A DNA stretch of 64,000 nt, from assembly GCF_009914755.1 (NCBI RefSeq), contig NC_060944.1; one strand, 5' to 3'. The stretch's first letter is position 1. Each line of letters opens with the position of its first letter. This document shows, piece after piece, positions 49,763-64,000 of this stretch. Both the position numbers and the translations under genes were made by a program. Under the pieces are notes generated by a model, which worked only from the letters and a program-made list of their open reading frames with translations, made no database searches and was not told the origin of the DNA. Source of the stretch: the human T2T-CHM13v2.0 reference genome, Homo sapiens.

Positions 49763-51863
49763 TGCCTTCAGTGTGTATCTAAACCAGATAGGCATTAACT
49801 TGTTTATTTTTGGATGGAGATCACTGGATATTGTCATAACAGAACCAAGTTGTAAATATACCTCTGTGCTGTGTGCAGTAAGCACTGACCAGACTTGCTT
49901 GATCTTCCCTGTTTTGCATACATCTTTTCTCTCATCAAACTTAAGATCAAATGAGCAAATAGGGTATTTGTATCCTCACGTCTTAAAGTTGAGATATACA
50001 ACTGATAATGCTTACAGTGTCTTTACAAAAGATCCCTCCTCCCAACCCCTAAACTCCGGGTGCCCTGTCCATTGACCCCGAGCCAAACAGACACATTTCC
50101 CAAGGTACAATTACAGAGATTGACTGCCAGTTAGTAGAAGGCACCCTGGTATCAGCTAATCTGAAATTAAGTGGAGGATAGTTTGTTAAGGCTCTGTTTT
50201 GTTAAGCAAGCAAAATGTAAAACCTTCACATCTTTAGTGATTGATTAATGACCTTTTAAAGGACCCTGCTAAATGGAACAATTGAAGAATGTGGGAGCAA
50301 TTAAGAAGCTTTGCAAGGCAGTTCACTTATCAAAATGACTTAGACAAGATTTCAGCTGGATCATCGCCCCTTATACCTCAAAGGCTGTCAAATCGTATCA
50401 AACAGCCCCAAGAAGACTATTTTAGGCATATCAGCAAAATGCCACCCTGAACTTTCAGCAGCAATTATAGGCATAACAGATATTGGCCACATAGAGATCT
50501 GGGCTCAACTTCTCCATGAGCTTCGATCTACACACCCCAGATAACCAGCAGATCCTTTTCTTGCCTTCTGTTATAGGTATCTGCTGTTTCCATTAGCATT
50601 TCCCAGATAAAAGCCACTGTCTGGAAAGGGTAAAAGCTAAGCTAGCTCAAGTGATGCAGCACTTTGTTCCAGGAAAGCTGCCTTTGAAATAGCAATTACT
50701 AATGTGCACAGGTAATTTAAGGAAATGGAGCTAAAGCTACCACAGAGCTTTTCACAGAAATATCGTCCCAAGCGTTTAGTCTCCATTCCTCTTTCTTCCC
50801 CGGGCGTTTCTGTTTGATGAAAATGAACTTGTTCCTTCAGAGACTGTCTCAGCCCTTTTTGCTGCTCATAGAGAAGGGCTCTCCCAAGTGCACAACATCC
50901 AGGGTGATTGCTGAATGTGTTATTTGCATCTGGACAGAGCAGCTATCCCATGCGCTGGTCTCTTCCTGGACAGAAATAGCCCATTCCTTTCTGAACCCCA
51001 CCCTGGCTCCCTGGCCTGCTGTGGCAAAAGAGAAGATTAAACATTCACTCAGACATACTTGTCTTAGAGGTTCGTTTTTAAAAGCACCACATGCCAAGGA
51101 CATCACCAAATGTAATCTCTCCCTAGGGCATGATAAAAGTGAGTGAACTGACTTACGATTGCTTACGATGGCAAGATTTTCATTTCTTGAAATTCATGGA
51201 CCGCTTGGGAGGGTTATGAGTCAGGTTCTATTCTGGTTTGTATCTTCACTGGTGGCCTCTGAGTCTGTATCCAAGGGATGGGACCTGTACACTCTAGTCC
51301 TCCTTCTGTTGACCCAAGCCCAGGGCCACTCTCTGCTCCAGATGAAGCAGGCAGACTGGACTTCTCATTGATGTACCTTCCTTCATGGGATTTTCCAAGG
51401 ACAAATGAGAGCAGTAAGAATCGGTGCGCCCATAGCTGATGGCTCTGACTCTCCATCCCCCACATCTCCCACCCAGAGCTTATTGATTCCATGGGGCCCT
51501 TCTCTCCTTTTACAGCTTTCCAAGCCCTGCGATGACCCGGATCTCTAAAGAGTGGTCTCAGCACTCTCATTTGTATAAGGGAGATACAGATGTCTACCTC
51601 ATTCAGCCGTGAGAAATAAAAACACTGCAAAGCTCTTGCAAATGTTTCTGGGATTCTATGCTAGAATCTGGGGAAGAGATCTGGAAAGAAGGAGGGGAGT
51701 ATGGAAGAGGGTTTGCCTGAAAGTGGCGATGGCAGAACAAGTATATTCTTTTACAATATTTAAGCCACACATTTTTTAGGATGGCATTGTGTGCCAAGGA
51801 TGCTTTTATTTGCACTCTGCATAAGTTTGTAAAAATATCATTATACATATCAAAATCTATTAT

Positions 51864-52160
51864 AATTATTATTATTATTTGAGGTGGAGTCTCATTCTGT
51901 TGTCCAGGCTAGAGTGCAGTGGCACTATCTTGGCTCACTGCAACCTGTGCTTCCGGGTTCAAGTGATTCTCCTGCCTCAGTCTCCTGAGTAGCTGAGATT
52001 ACAGGCATGCACCAGCATGCTCGGATAATTTTTGTATTTTTAGTAGAGACGGGGTTTCACCAGATTGGTCAGGCTGGTCTTGAACTCCTGACCTCAGTGA
52101 TCCACCCGCCTTGGCCTCCCAAAGTGCTGGGATTACAGGCATGAGCCACTCCGCCCAGCC
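51864..52160 (-). mobile_element. AluS with an (ATT)n tail
   Basis: Full Alu body; TSD CAAAA(T/A)CTATTAT. Confidence 0.93.
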
Positions 52161-52850
52161 CAAAAACTATTATTATTCTTCTCAATTTACTCAGAGTAAC
52201 TAGGGAGTAAATGTTGAGAATTATGAGACCCAACAATCCCACACTCCACCCATAGTCACTCCTTAATACTGCCTCTGAAAGAGGCTTCGTTTCTTTTGTT
52301 GTGGTTGTTTTAACTTTTTAGTTTGAAATCATTTTAGATTTACGTAAGAGTCATGAAGGTATTAGCATATACCCTTTACCATACATGCTTAATCAATTTC
52401 TTCTAATGGAGACATCTGACAAAACTGTGGTACCTTTACCAAAACCAGTAATTCAACATTGGTACACTATTAACTAAACCACACTCTTTATTTAATTTCA
52501 CCAGTTTTTCCATTAATTCCCCTTCTCAGTATCAAAATCCCATCCAAGATACCACTTTGCATAGTCATTCTGTCTCCTTAGTCATCTCTGGTCTGTGATA
52601 ATTTCTCAGACTTTCCTGTTTCTTATATATCCCCAGTCGTGTTTGTCTCATGTTTTCTCATTATGAGACTGCGGTTATGGATTTGGGGGCGGGAAAAGAG
52701 CCCGTGGGTGAAACGCTGTTCTCACCACCTCACATCAGAGTACAAGATGTCCAGATGGCACCCTGGACACACTGTTAGTTACTGGGTTGGTGGGGTCTGT
52801 CCAGTTGCTTCTCTGTAAAGCTCCCAGCTTCCCACGTCCAACCTCTCTTC

Positions 52851-53094
52851 CAGGGTCTGCAAACATTTTTTCGAAGGGCCAGATAGTAGATATTCCAGAC
52901 TTTGGAGATCAAGGGGAAAAACTGAGATTACCCTGTAGATATTTACATATATAAAATGTAGCATTGGAAAATGTAAAAAAAAAAAAAAAGAAAAAAGAAA
53001 AAACATTTAGCTTGTAGGCAGTAAAAAAACAAACAAACAGTCAAAACAACAAACAGCTGGCTTCGGTCCTCAGACCACACATTGCCAACTCATG
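52851..53094 (+). mobile_element. MER58C-like (hAT-Charlie MITE)
   Basis: CAGGGTCTGCAAACATTTTTTCGAAGGGCCAGATAGTAGATATT...AAAATGTA...TTGCCAACTCATG; degenerate 8-bp TSD CTCTCTTC/CTCTGTTT. Confidence 0.8.
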
Positions 53095-54616
53095 CTCTGT
53101 TTTTCAGGAGCAAGTCACCAAGTCTTACCTGTACATGAGGGGAAGGGAACTAACCTCCATATCCTGGAAGAAGGAGTAACAAAAACTTTGGTAAAACCAC
53201 CAAGGCAAATAGTAATTATTTTGGGGCAAAGCATTGAAGCTATGCAAATACTCTGTTTCTCCTCAAAGTTTTTCTGTCTGACTTTAGCATTCATCCATGG
53301 ATATTACCTGCAACAATTACTACTGTTGTCTTCTAATGCTAACTTTCCATGTCCTCATTTCATCTACATTTATTATTTGAAATTCTTCTTTAAGGAAGAT
53401 TTGTCCCATCTCTCCCACTTATTTATTTATTCAGTCAACTATTTTTATCAGTATGAAGTCATGATTACAAATTTTATTCTTTGGGTTATTAGCTCAGTGT
53501 CATGATTTATTTTGTGACCCAAATTACTCTATCTTGGACAACTAGGAGCTCATTCAGGTTCTCCTGTCCTTGTGACATGCTCCCATCTTTTTGCGGGGGG
53601 CACCATTTTAACTTTCTGGCACTACAAGGTGCTGCAGACTTATCTGGTATTTTTTCTGATGTAATCCTTAAAATCAGTCATTTTTTTCAAAAAGCTTGGG
53701 TTCTTTTCATTGGAGAATGAAGCTTAGAAACCAAGATATGGGTACCAGATGTGCTCATCTCTTCTGGGATATAACTGCTCTGCAGACAGGGATAAGAAAT
53801 ATATCTACTTACATAACTATATCTATAAACACTAAGTCCATTCATATGCAAATATGCATTTTTTTCTGTATCTATCTGTACATATATTTAAATAAACATG
53901 ACTGCATGCTAATATTCCTAACTCTAATCTTGCAACTGCAGGTCCAGTTCAGTCTTCCCCTTACTAATATGTAACTTCTTCCTGTGACAGTAAAAAACCT
54001 GGTTCTCATTATCTACAATTTATTCATTTATTTGTTCAATTCTAGTGTACAGATAGTTTCAAAACTTTTATCACCATGAGGAAAAACTTTACCATCTAGA
54101 GTGTAGTGTTGTATATTTATGGTTGCCTTCAAATATCTAGACAAATCATTGCTTTCTAAAATTAATTAGGCGGGCATTTTTTTTTCTCTACCCCCTACAA
54201 TGACGGTATGCAATACTTGTGTAATACGATAAGATGCATTGTCACAATCTACATCACATCCTGCAATACCCAACATCCTGGCTGATTATCTTTTAAGTAA
54301 TTTTAATGTTTTTAATCTCCATTGAGTAATGATCAATCTTTGTGATGTATGATTCTCCTGGTTTTGACAAATACTTAAAGTCATGTATCCACAACCACAA
54401 AACCATAGGGAATATTCTGATTATTCTAAAACTTCTCTTACAATGACATTTTGTAGTCAACCACTCATACTTCCCCCAAAACCTTGTAACCAGGTATCTG
54501 TTTTATATCTCTGTTGTTTTTCCTTTTTAAATTATCATGTAAATGGAATTATACAGTATATAGACTTTTTGACCTGGCTGCTTTCATTTAGCAAAATGCA
54601 TTTAAGTTTTATCTAT

Positions 54617-54971
54617 TGTTATGGTTAGGCTTTGTGTCCCCACCCAAATCTCATCTCGAATTGCAATCCCCATATTCCCTAAGTGTCAAGGGAGAGACCA
54701 AGTGGAGGTAATTAGATCATGGGGGCTGTTTCCCCCATGCTGTTCTCATGATAGTGTGTGAGTTCTCACGAGATATGATGGTTTTTTAAGTGTTTGGCAA
54801 GTTCCTCCTTTGATCATTCTCTCTCCTGCCTCCTCTTCACCTTCTGCCATGATTGTAAGTTTCCTGAAGCCTCCCCAGCCATATGGAACTGTGAATCAAT
54901 TCAATCTCTTTCCTTTATAAATTACCAAGTCTCAAGCAGTTCTTACGACAGTGTGAGAACAGACTAATACA
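54617..54971 (+). mobile_element. MaLR solo LTR, THE1D-like, nested in the L1
   Basis: TGTTATGGTTAGGCTTTGTGTCCCCACCCAAATCTCATC...GTGTCAAGGGAGAGACC...GAACAGACTAATACA; TSD TCTAT/TCCAT. Confidence 0.92.
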
Positions 54972-57900
54972 TCCATGTTGTGCAAATTAATAGTTTCCCC
55001 CTTTTAGTTGCTGAATAGCATGCCATCGCAAGGCTGTACTGCAGTCTGTTTATTTCACTGTGAAGGGCATGTTGTATGTTTTCTCTTTGGGGCCATAATT
55101 AATAAACATGCTATGAGTATCTGTCTACAGATTTATGATTCAATATACATTTCTAACTTTCTTGGGTAAATACCTGGAAGTAAGATTGCTGGATTGTACA
55201 GTAAATGTTGGTTTAACATTGGACAGAACGGCCAGACTGTTTTCCACAGTTTTGGTACCATTATGTGTTACCTCAAGCAACGAATAATTATATTTATATG
55301 TGTTACTTTGGGAATCTCTGTTCTGTTCCATTGATCTACATGTCTGTTCTTTCACCAGTGCCGTGCTGTCTTGATTATGATAACTTTAGGGTAAACTTTG
55401 AAATTGAGTTCAGCGATTTTACAGTTTTGTTCTTCTTGTGTTATGTTAGCTATTCTAGTTCTTTGATCTTTCTATATAAACTTTAAATTCAACTGGTCAG
55501 TATGTATAGAACAGCTTGCTGAGATTTTGTTTGGGATTGCATTGAATAAGTAGATCAAATTGGGAAGAATTTATATCTTAATAATATTGCATTTCCTAAT
55601 CCATGAATATGGAATACCATTCCATTCATTTAGATATTTTATTTATTTTATTAGCATTTTGTTGTTTTCCACATATAGATACTGTACTTATTTTGTTATA
55701 TTTATACTGAAGTACTTTATTTATTTTGGTGCTATTATAATTGGCATTGCTTTTTAAATTTCACTTTCCAAGTGTTCATTATTGGTCCATAGAAAATCAA
55801 TTTGCTTTTGTACTTTAACGTTATATTCTGTGACCTTGCTATACTCGCTTGCTAGTTGCAGGGTTGTTTTATTTTGCATTTTTGTTCATTTTAAAGGATT
55901 TTTCATGTAGACAAGTTTGGCATCTGTGAAAAATTTTTATTTCTTCTTTCTCGAGCTGCACATATTATATTTCCTTTTCTTCTCTTATTGCACTGGCTGA
56001 GATATTTAGTATGGTGTTGAACAGAAGTGCTGAGAGGAGACATCCTTTCCTTGTTCATAATCCTGTAGGGAAGGTTTCTAGTCTTCTACTATCAAGTATG
56101 CTGTTAGCTGTAGGGTTTTGTACATACTCATTGCCATTCAAAGAAATGTTCCTCTATTCCTAGTTCTTAACAGGATTGTGTGTTGGATTTTGTCATATGC
56201 TTTTTCTGCATCAACTGATATGATCATATGATTTTTCTTCTCTAGCTATGAATGTGGTGGATTACATCAATTAGTTTTCAAATGATGGACAAGTCTTGCA
56301 TACCAGGAATTAATCCCACTTGGTGTGGTGTTTAATTTTTTTATACATTGTTGTATTAAATATGCTAATGGTTCATTGAGGATTTTTGCATCTACATTCA
56401 TGAGAGATATTGGTCAATAGTTTTCCTTTATTGCAATGTCTTTATCTGGTTTTGGTATTAGTGTATGCTGGCCTCATATAATGAGTTAGGAAGCAGTTCT
56501 TCTTATTCTGTTTTCTGGAAGAGATTGCTCAAAATTGACACAATTTTTTAAAACTGTTGAAATTCAACATTGAAAGTGTGAGCCTAGGGCATTCTTTTTG
56601 GAAATTTATTAGTTATTGATTCTATTTATTTTTAGATATATGCTAATTGAAATTATCTATTTCTCTTTGTGTGATATTTGGGTATTGTGTCTTTCAAGGA
56701 ATTGGCCACTTTCATGTCAGTTATAAAATTAGCATAGAGTTGTTCATAGCTTCTCTTTTTAATCCAATTAGTATTGATGGAATGGGTAGTGAGCATCCTT
56801 CTTTCATTTGGATATTGGTAATTTATGTCTTCTCTCTTTTTTCTTAGTTAGCTTAGCCAAAACTTTATCAATTTTTCAATTTTTCCAAAAAACCAAGTTA
56901 TGAATTTGATTTTTTAAAATTATGTTCTTTATGAATTTCACTGATTTCTGCTCAATTTTTATTTCTTATACTTGTCTGAGGCACAAATTGCTTTTCTTTC
57001 TCTACTTTTCCTCAGGTGAATCTTAGAGTGCTGATTTTATATCTTCTTTGTTGATACATGCATTTAATGCTAAAATTTATCTCTAAATACTGCTTTCCAG
57101 TGTTTTGATTCACTGCATTTTCATTTTTATTTAATTAAAAATATTTTTATTAACTTCTCCCTAGACTTCTTCTTTCACCCACGTGTTATGTAGATGTGTG
57201 TTGTCTAACAGGCAAATATTGAGAGAACTTCTAGCTCTATTTTTCTTATTGCTTTCTAGTTTAATTCCATTATGACCTGAGAAGGTACTTTGTGTGATTT
57301 CTATATACTTAAATGTATTAAGGTTTGTTTTATGGCCTTGAATGTGATACATGTAATATATATTGGTGAATGTACAGGTGAGCTTGAGAAGAATGTGTAT
57401 TCTGATGTTGTTGGGTAGAGAGAATATTCCTTCAATATCAGTTAGATCAAATTGATTGGTATTGCTGTTTAAATTAACCCTTTCTTACTGATTTTCTGCC
57501 TTTTTGATCAATTACTGAAAGAAAGGTGTTGAAATCTCCAATTACAATATGGATTTGTCTATTCCTTTTCAGTCCAACCAATCTTTGTTCACATAGCTCA
57601 ATGCTCTGTTGTTGGCTGCATACATGTTTAGGGTTATTATATCTTCTTGGAGAATTAATTATTTTATATTTCTATAATGCCCCTCTTTATCTGACTACCT
57701 TTCTTGTTCTGAAGTCTGTTTTGTCTGAAAATAACATAGCTAGTTCAGCTTTGTTTTACTTGGTGTCAGCATGGTGTATCTTTCTCCATCCCTTATCTTT
57801 AACCTGCTCTGAGGCTTTATATCTAAACTCTGTTTCTTGCAGACAACATAGACTTGGATCCTGTTTTTTATCCACTCAGAAAATATTTGGTTTTTAATTA

Positions 57901-58458
57901 GCATATATTTATACTATCCATATTTAAAGTGATTATTGATAGAGTTGAATTAATATCTACCGTTTTTATAACCGGGTTCTATTCACTACATTTCTTATTT
58001 TGTTATTTGTTTACTTTTCCCCTTCATTTCTGCTTTCTCTGGTTTTAACTGAGAACTTCATGATTCTATTTTAGCTTTTCTTTTAGCATATCAATTATAT
58101 TTCTTTAAAAAATATTCTAGTAGTTACCCTAGAGTTTGCAATATACATATTTAAGTCACGTAAGTCCTTCGTCAAATAGCACTATAACACTTCTTATGCA
58201 GTACAGGAACGATAACAGCATAGTCCCAATCCTTTCTTTCCTTCCCTTATTAAATTCTCACCATTCATGATTTGCTATAATTACCCAGGAGATTATCACT
58301 ATTATTACCTTAACCAATCACATATCTTTTAGATAAATTAACAAGAAAAAATAAATACTTCATTTTTTCCTTCATTTCTTTCTTCTCTCATGTCCTTCCT
58401 TTCTTCATATACAAATCTGAGTTTTCATCCACATGATTTCCTTATGCACATTACTTCT

Positions 58459-58638
<180 letters not shown>

Positions 58639-61600
58639 ATATTACTTCTTTCAACATTTCACTCAAGACAAATTTACTGTCAGTTGATTCACTTCATTTT
58701 TGTTTGTCTAAAATTGTCTTTATTTCTCCTTCTCTTTTGAAATATCATTTTGCTGGATAAGAATGCTAGGTTTTCTCCCAACAAACACTTCAAATAGTTC
58801 ACTTCATTCTCTTCTTGCTTGTATGATTTATTTTAGATGTCCTCTGTAAATCTCGTTTTTTAATAGGTAAGATAGCTTTTCCCCTGGCTTCTTTCAAAAT
58901 GTTCTCTTTGTCTTTGTTTCTCTGCAGCTTGAATATCATATGCATAGCTGTGTTTTTTTAATATTTATCCTGGCTGGTGTTCTTTGAGTTTTTTGGATCT
59001 GTGGTTTGGTGTCTTTTATTCTTCATTTTGTATAGTTCTTGTCCTTTATTATCTCAAATATTTTTTTCTTACTCTGTTCCTTCTCCATCTGATATTTTAA
59101 TTGCATGTATATTAAACCTTTTGAGTTATCTCATAATTTTTGGATTCCTGTTCTGAGGTTTTTTTATTTCTTTTTTCTTCTTTTCATTTCAGTTTAGAAA
59201 GTTTCTATTTATTTATCTCTGAACTCACTGATGCCTGCCCTGGCCATGCTCAGGCTACTGATGAGCCCACCAAGGGCATTCTTTCTCTCTGTTACAGTGG
59301 TTTTGATTCCTTGCATTTACGTTTTTATAGTGTCTTTGAGTTTTTCGTGGTTTTTATATCTGTGGGTGCCAGAGGTGTCAAGTTTCTGAAATGTCCTCAG
59401 TTTTGTCTCTACTGGTGGCTTGGTCTTCCCTTTGGACTTGTGCTTAGAAAGAATCTGCATCTTGCAGCTCTTTCAGCTGTAATTCTCTTATATCGGATGC
59501 CTGGTACTTGTAGGAAGTTGAGAAGCATTCTAAAATCTTATGATTAAGCTTTTATGCTGAAACTAGCTTCTGAAGTCCATTGACGATTAATTCTTGAAGA
59601 TCGAGCTAGCTTTGCATTCCTACAATTAAACCAAACTTAGTCATGCTGTATTTTAAATACACACACACCTACACACAAATATCCCCTTCATGTGCACCAC
59701 TCTGGGACTGGTCTAGCATCCTGTCTATGCTAGTTGTTTATAGCACAGATGAATTATTTGCTATGTTTCTTTGGATGTTGGCTGCACAGGTGCTGCTTGA
59801 GGGCAAGTCAGAGATGTGTTGATTTATATCAGAATTTATGGCTTTCCTTCAATCCTCTTCCATCCAGCATTCCCCCTCTACTCTCCAGCCTCCAAGGACC
59901 TTCCTCCCAGTTCTCTGTAGAAAACAATGGTGGTACTGGTGGGGAGTGATCAGTGTCTTAACTTTCCATGTTTCTAACTTGCTATTGCATGACTGTGGCC
60001 ATCCTTGAAGCAGTGCCAGAGGGATATAGGAGGAAGAGGAGAACATTTTTCTTAGACTCTCTGGCTTGCTAAGGCCCCTTCTCCTGGTCCTCTGGCCAGC
60101 ATATGGGGGTTTCTCTTGGAGTTTTTGGTGCCCACATCTGTGGTGTAGTTTAGCAACTGGCGCCATCCAGGAATCAATGCTGGGAGAGAAAACATGAAAA
60201 ACGAACAACAGGTTGCTTTATCATGTTTTTCTTTCCCTACCCATCCAACCTACTAGTGGTTCATTTTAGTTCCTCTGGTAGCAGTAATTTGTACTTTCTC
60301 TATAATTTTACATTTAATCCCTGGGAGAAAGTGGCTATAATATGATTACTCGGAAACTTCTTTTTCTGAATCAGATATTTCAAGAGTGATACAGAATTAT
60401 TTTAACACCCCAAGATCTACACCATTAATATATTAATTATCTGCTTCCAGGGTTAAAAGTGGTAAAGAAAATTCAACAAATGCAATTGGGTGAGAACTGT
60501 AAATTTTTATTGAAAAGAAAGTTAAAGAGCCATCAGCCAATTCTGTCTATTTTTTCTAAGGAACACCAACCCCCGGATCACATCAGTTAGAAAAGCAGAG
60601 AAAATATTCATTGTTAAATTTGTCTTCAGGGATGAAGTCTTGGGCATTAGAGAGTCCACTTAGTTCTCAGTAAAATATATATTAAAGAGAGGATGCATAA
60701 TTAATAAATAAGATATAGCTTATATATTACCAAAATATCACTCAATTTAAAATATCTTTTCGAAATGACAAAATTGCCCTAAGGACATGTAAAAGTTAAT
60801 TATAAGAAAACACAATAAATCTTGAAGGATAAAGAAGATTGTTGGGTTGGGAACTAGAAAAATGTGTGCCTCAAACCCCAAATTTACAAATCTCTTCATT
60901 GTTAGCAATGGATCAATTACTACTGGTTATAGCTGCATACACGTGCACATTTACACACACACACGCTCATTCACTCAAAATCCATTCAATACAGAACATT
61001 TCTAAATAAAGTATTAATTTAAAAAAACACAGTATGGTGGATTATGCACCTAATTATGCCATTCAACAGATAATAAAAAGCAATTAACCAACAGAAACAA
61101 ATAAGCCAACAATGAACAAAAGCTCCTGCTTTGCTTCCCAGAGACTGGAAACATTGCAAAGTTAAGGCTGGAAAGAGGAATTGGAAAGTGGAGCAGGCCG
61201 CAGCAAATTTTAAACCAGACATTTTAAGCCTCAGCTGCCTTATGAAGTCTCACTGCGCCCAGGAGTAGATCCCCTCACTAAGAGAATCCCTGGGAGGGGT
61301 TGTGCTCTGAAGACCAAACTGCTAGTTCATTTCTGTATGTTCTTGGGACACCATAAAAATAAAAACACAACACACACATGTACCACACACAATGTAAATT
61401 ATTGTTGCACAGCAAACAGTAAAAAGAAGTTGCCAGTTTATAAAAAAAACAAGTATCTCATTTTATTCTTTCTGAGATTTTAAACATATTTATCAACATG
61501 TTCTATTTTAAATAAAGCAAATGGTCACAAATATTAGATGTGTTAAGAAAATAGGTACTGATATCTAAAAGTGAGATCTACCTACCCTCTTCATCTAGAT

Positions 61601-62807
61601 GTTGGAAAAATTTTGGAGGAGAAAAGGGCTCTTCTGAATTAACTGAGAGGGAAGGACTCATAATCTCCCCTGAATGTGCTAATGAGGACCAGGGACTGGC
61701 CTGTGAATTGAAATCCAGGTTTGCTCTCCAGTTTCAATTCTCTGACCTTTAAGAGCCTTTTACTTAAGCTGCTCAAAAGAAGAAAAATAATCTAATTCTC
61801 ATTTTTTTGCCTTTATTCAAGCAGCTTATTGATCCAGAAGTAAAAAGTAAAGTGCTTTCTAGGGATCTGGTACAAGGGATTTAATAACATCACAAAGGAT
61901 CTCTGGGATTATAGATCTAAGAAGAGAGACTGATATTTAAAAATAATTATACAATAATTCTCTGATTGTGGCAGTGACAGCCATCAAAAGAGTGCATAGT
62001 GGGAAAAGAAAATACTCAAAAGAAGACTTAACCTAGATCAGAGGTCAGGGAAGTCTGCCTTGAAGAAGTGATATGTAAGTCAAGAGCTAAAGGGTGTGTA
62101 GACACCATTGAATCTGAAGGATGAGGAAGAGAAATACTGAGCATTGCCCCTGTCAGGAAGGCAGTGCACGTGCACACAGACAGGCCAAAGACTGGGGACC
62201 CTTGGAGGACCACGCTGGGACTTCCAGGACACATACATAGGGAAAATATTTACTTTAAATTTATTTACATTAGTTAGGGATTTTTTTTTTTAAATTGAGT
62301 AACTTCTATTTTCCAGTCACTATTCTGGCTCCTGTATTACAGAAGTCAAGACGTGCCTGCCTCGTCCTACTTGGGTACCTCTGCGGGTATGTCTATCTTT
62401 CTGGACTCCTTATCTGTAAAAAGGGGATAACTAATTCACAGGTTGTCAAAGGAATTAGAGGAAGGAAATATTTACCCTCTCCATGGTATCTCCCCACTGA
62501 CCTGAATCACCACCTGGTTCTTGTCCAGGCGCTACTATCCACGCTCCCATTCAAGGCCAATCTCTCCAATGAAGCACCAAGTTCACCGTTTTCAGCCTGC
62601 CTAAGGTCATGATTTCAGCCATAGCCCCTCCTGCAACTGTTTTTCCTCTCCAGGAAATTAATCCCATTGTTTTTTAAGATTCAGGACCCTCCTTTCATCT
62701 CCCATCCTTCCCAGTGAGCTCCCCTTCTTTGTTTCCCTTTGAGTAAAAACCCTAGAAAATACCATCGCCAAGCTTCTCCCATTCCACTTCAAATATCCCC
62801 ATCTCCA

Positions 62808-63800
62808 TGAGCAAATTCAGGTTTTGTGGGAATTGAAATTTTACAGTTTGGGGAGAGGTGCTTTTTAAAATCAATAGTAGAAAATTATAAATATAAAATT
62901 AGGTGTAAAAGTAAATATTTATTTAGAACGAGAATATAAATCATAACAAATTTCAAATGTTAAAATGCTGGCAAATAACATAATCATCACTAAATCCAGA
63001 AAAATAGCATTCAGTTGTATTATTTAATTTCCTGACACTTCTGTGACACTTTTATCCTTGCATCTTTTCATTGGACAATCTTTGATTACCTCTTCACATG
63101 ACAGGAGATTTTAATATAATTTTCTTTGGAGAGCCTAGAAAGATAATCCAACCTTTCCTCTGTCATGGCTGATCAAAATTTGTTTTTAACTATTAAGAGT
63201 TTAGAAAAGTTTCTTTTCAATTCACTTTACTGGTAATATCATATAAATTTTTACTATTATTATCAAATTCTTAAAAAGCCTCTATCAAACTCATGTCAAA
63301 AAGCCTCTTCCAAACTCCAAGCTTTGGAAGAATTTTTCACAGATTGGCTTCTGGCTTCACACATTCCAATTCCTTTTCTTCCTCCACTACCCATATGCTT
63401 CTGGTACTGGTGCCACAGGATATGCTTGTATTATGAGACAACCTCTGGTCCTGCCCCTTGGACAAGACACCTCACAAGTGGACACTGTGGAAGGAAATCA
63501 TTCCTGACAGCCATGCCTACCCAGACTCCCAGCAATAACTAAACTCCACATGAAGTGACTTGGTGGTCAGCTAAATGTGTTCCCGAGTCAACCTCCCTGT
63601 CACTGAATCCCAAAATGCCTCATGACCCTGCTCAAATACCACCAACAAAGTCAAATGGGAATAAACTGAAGTCTTGAAGTCTTAGCTGTGGTTGAAATAT
63701 CTTTCTTTTGCAAATATTCCAAAATTTGTGAACACATCATTAGGGCCCCTCCCAGAGCCTTGGAAGGAGTCCAAGCCACTGAGGGGCCTGAGATGTGTAT
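62808..63800. mobile_element. Zaphod/MER115-like hAT-Tip100 DNA transposon
   Basis: CAGGTTTTGTGGG...TAAAATTAGGTGTAAAAGTAAATATTTATTTAGAA...AAATCCAGAAAAATAGCAT...GGGCCCCTCCCAGAGCCTTGGAAGG. Confidence 0.7.
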
Positions 63801-64000
63801 CTGCATTCTTGGGGAACCTGCTGTGGAAAGCCCCATCTCACGCTCTCAGCAGAGTGCCAGACAGTGGGTGGGGCCCTTGTGGACACTCACTGTGCTTACC
63901 CTCTGGATTCTTATTGCACCTCTCTAGTCCTCGTTTCTCAGGCTCTACTGTTCTAAACCTCTCAACATGGGGTACAACAAGGCTCAGAACTCAGCCCTCT

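Noticed and set aside
57161-57352. Endonuclease-like ORF (and RT-like ORF at 41829-42050)
   Set aside because: Decayed L1 ORF2 fragments with surrounding stops and frameshifts; not functional genes

Overview
Primate non-coding genomic DNA, almost certainly human given an AluYa5-type insertion. I find no credible protein-coding gene, tRNA, rRNA, CRISPR array or CpG island. The longer listed ORFs are mostly explained by tandem or low-complexity repeats and Alu/L1/LTR remnants; the rest look like chance ORFs. Much of the window is transposable-element debris: Alu, L1, L2, MIR, MaLR/ERV solo LTRs and hAT DNA transposons. Subfamily calls are by eye against remembered consensus sequences, and boundaries are approximate unless a TSD is quoted. 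The most notable structure is a ~1.5-kb interrupted palindrome at 17720-19208. It is built from an MLT1 end plus a hierarchical minisatellite, is bounded by AP-1 motifs, and has an LTR12F solo LTR in one arm only. Also notable are a ~157-bp fold-back hairpin inside an L1 ORF2 remnant (41977-42133), a young AluYa5-type insertion, several minisatellites, and repeat-free islands with PBX-HOX/MEIS/SOX motif clusters. A 1.57-kb segment (2444-4014) matches my recollection of the STAR5 anti-repressor element, reported at 20q13.3; this is unverified. I cannot support a new gene-encoded biological system here. The candidates are structural or regulatory.
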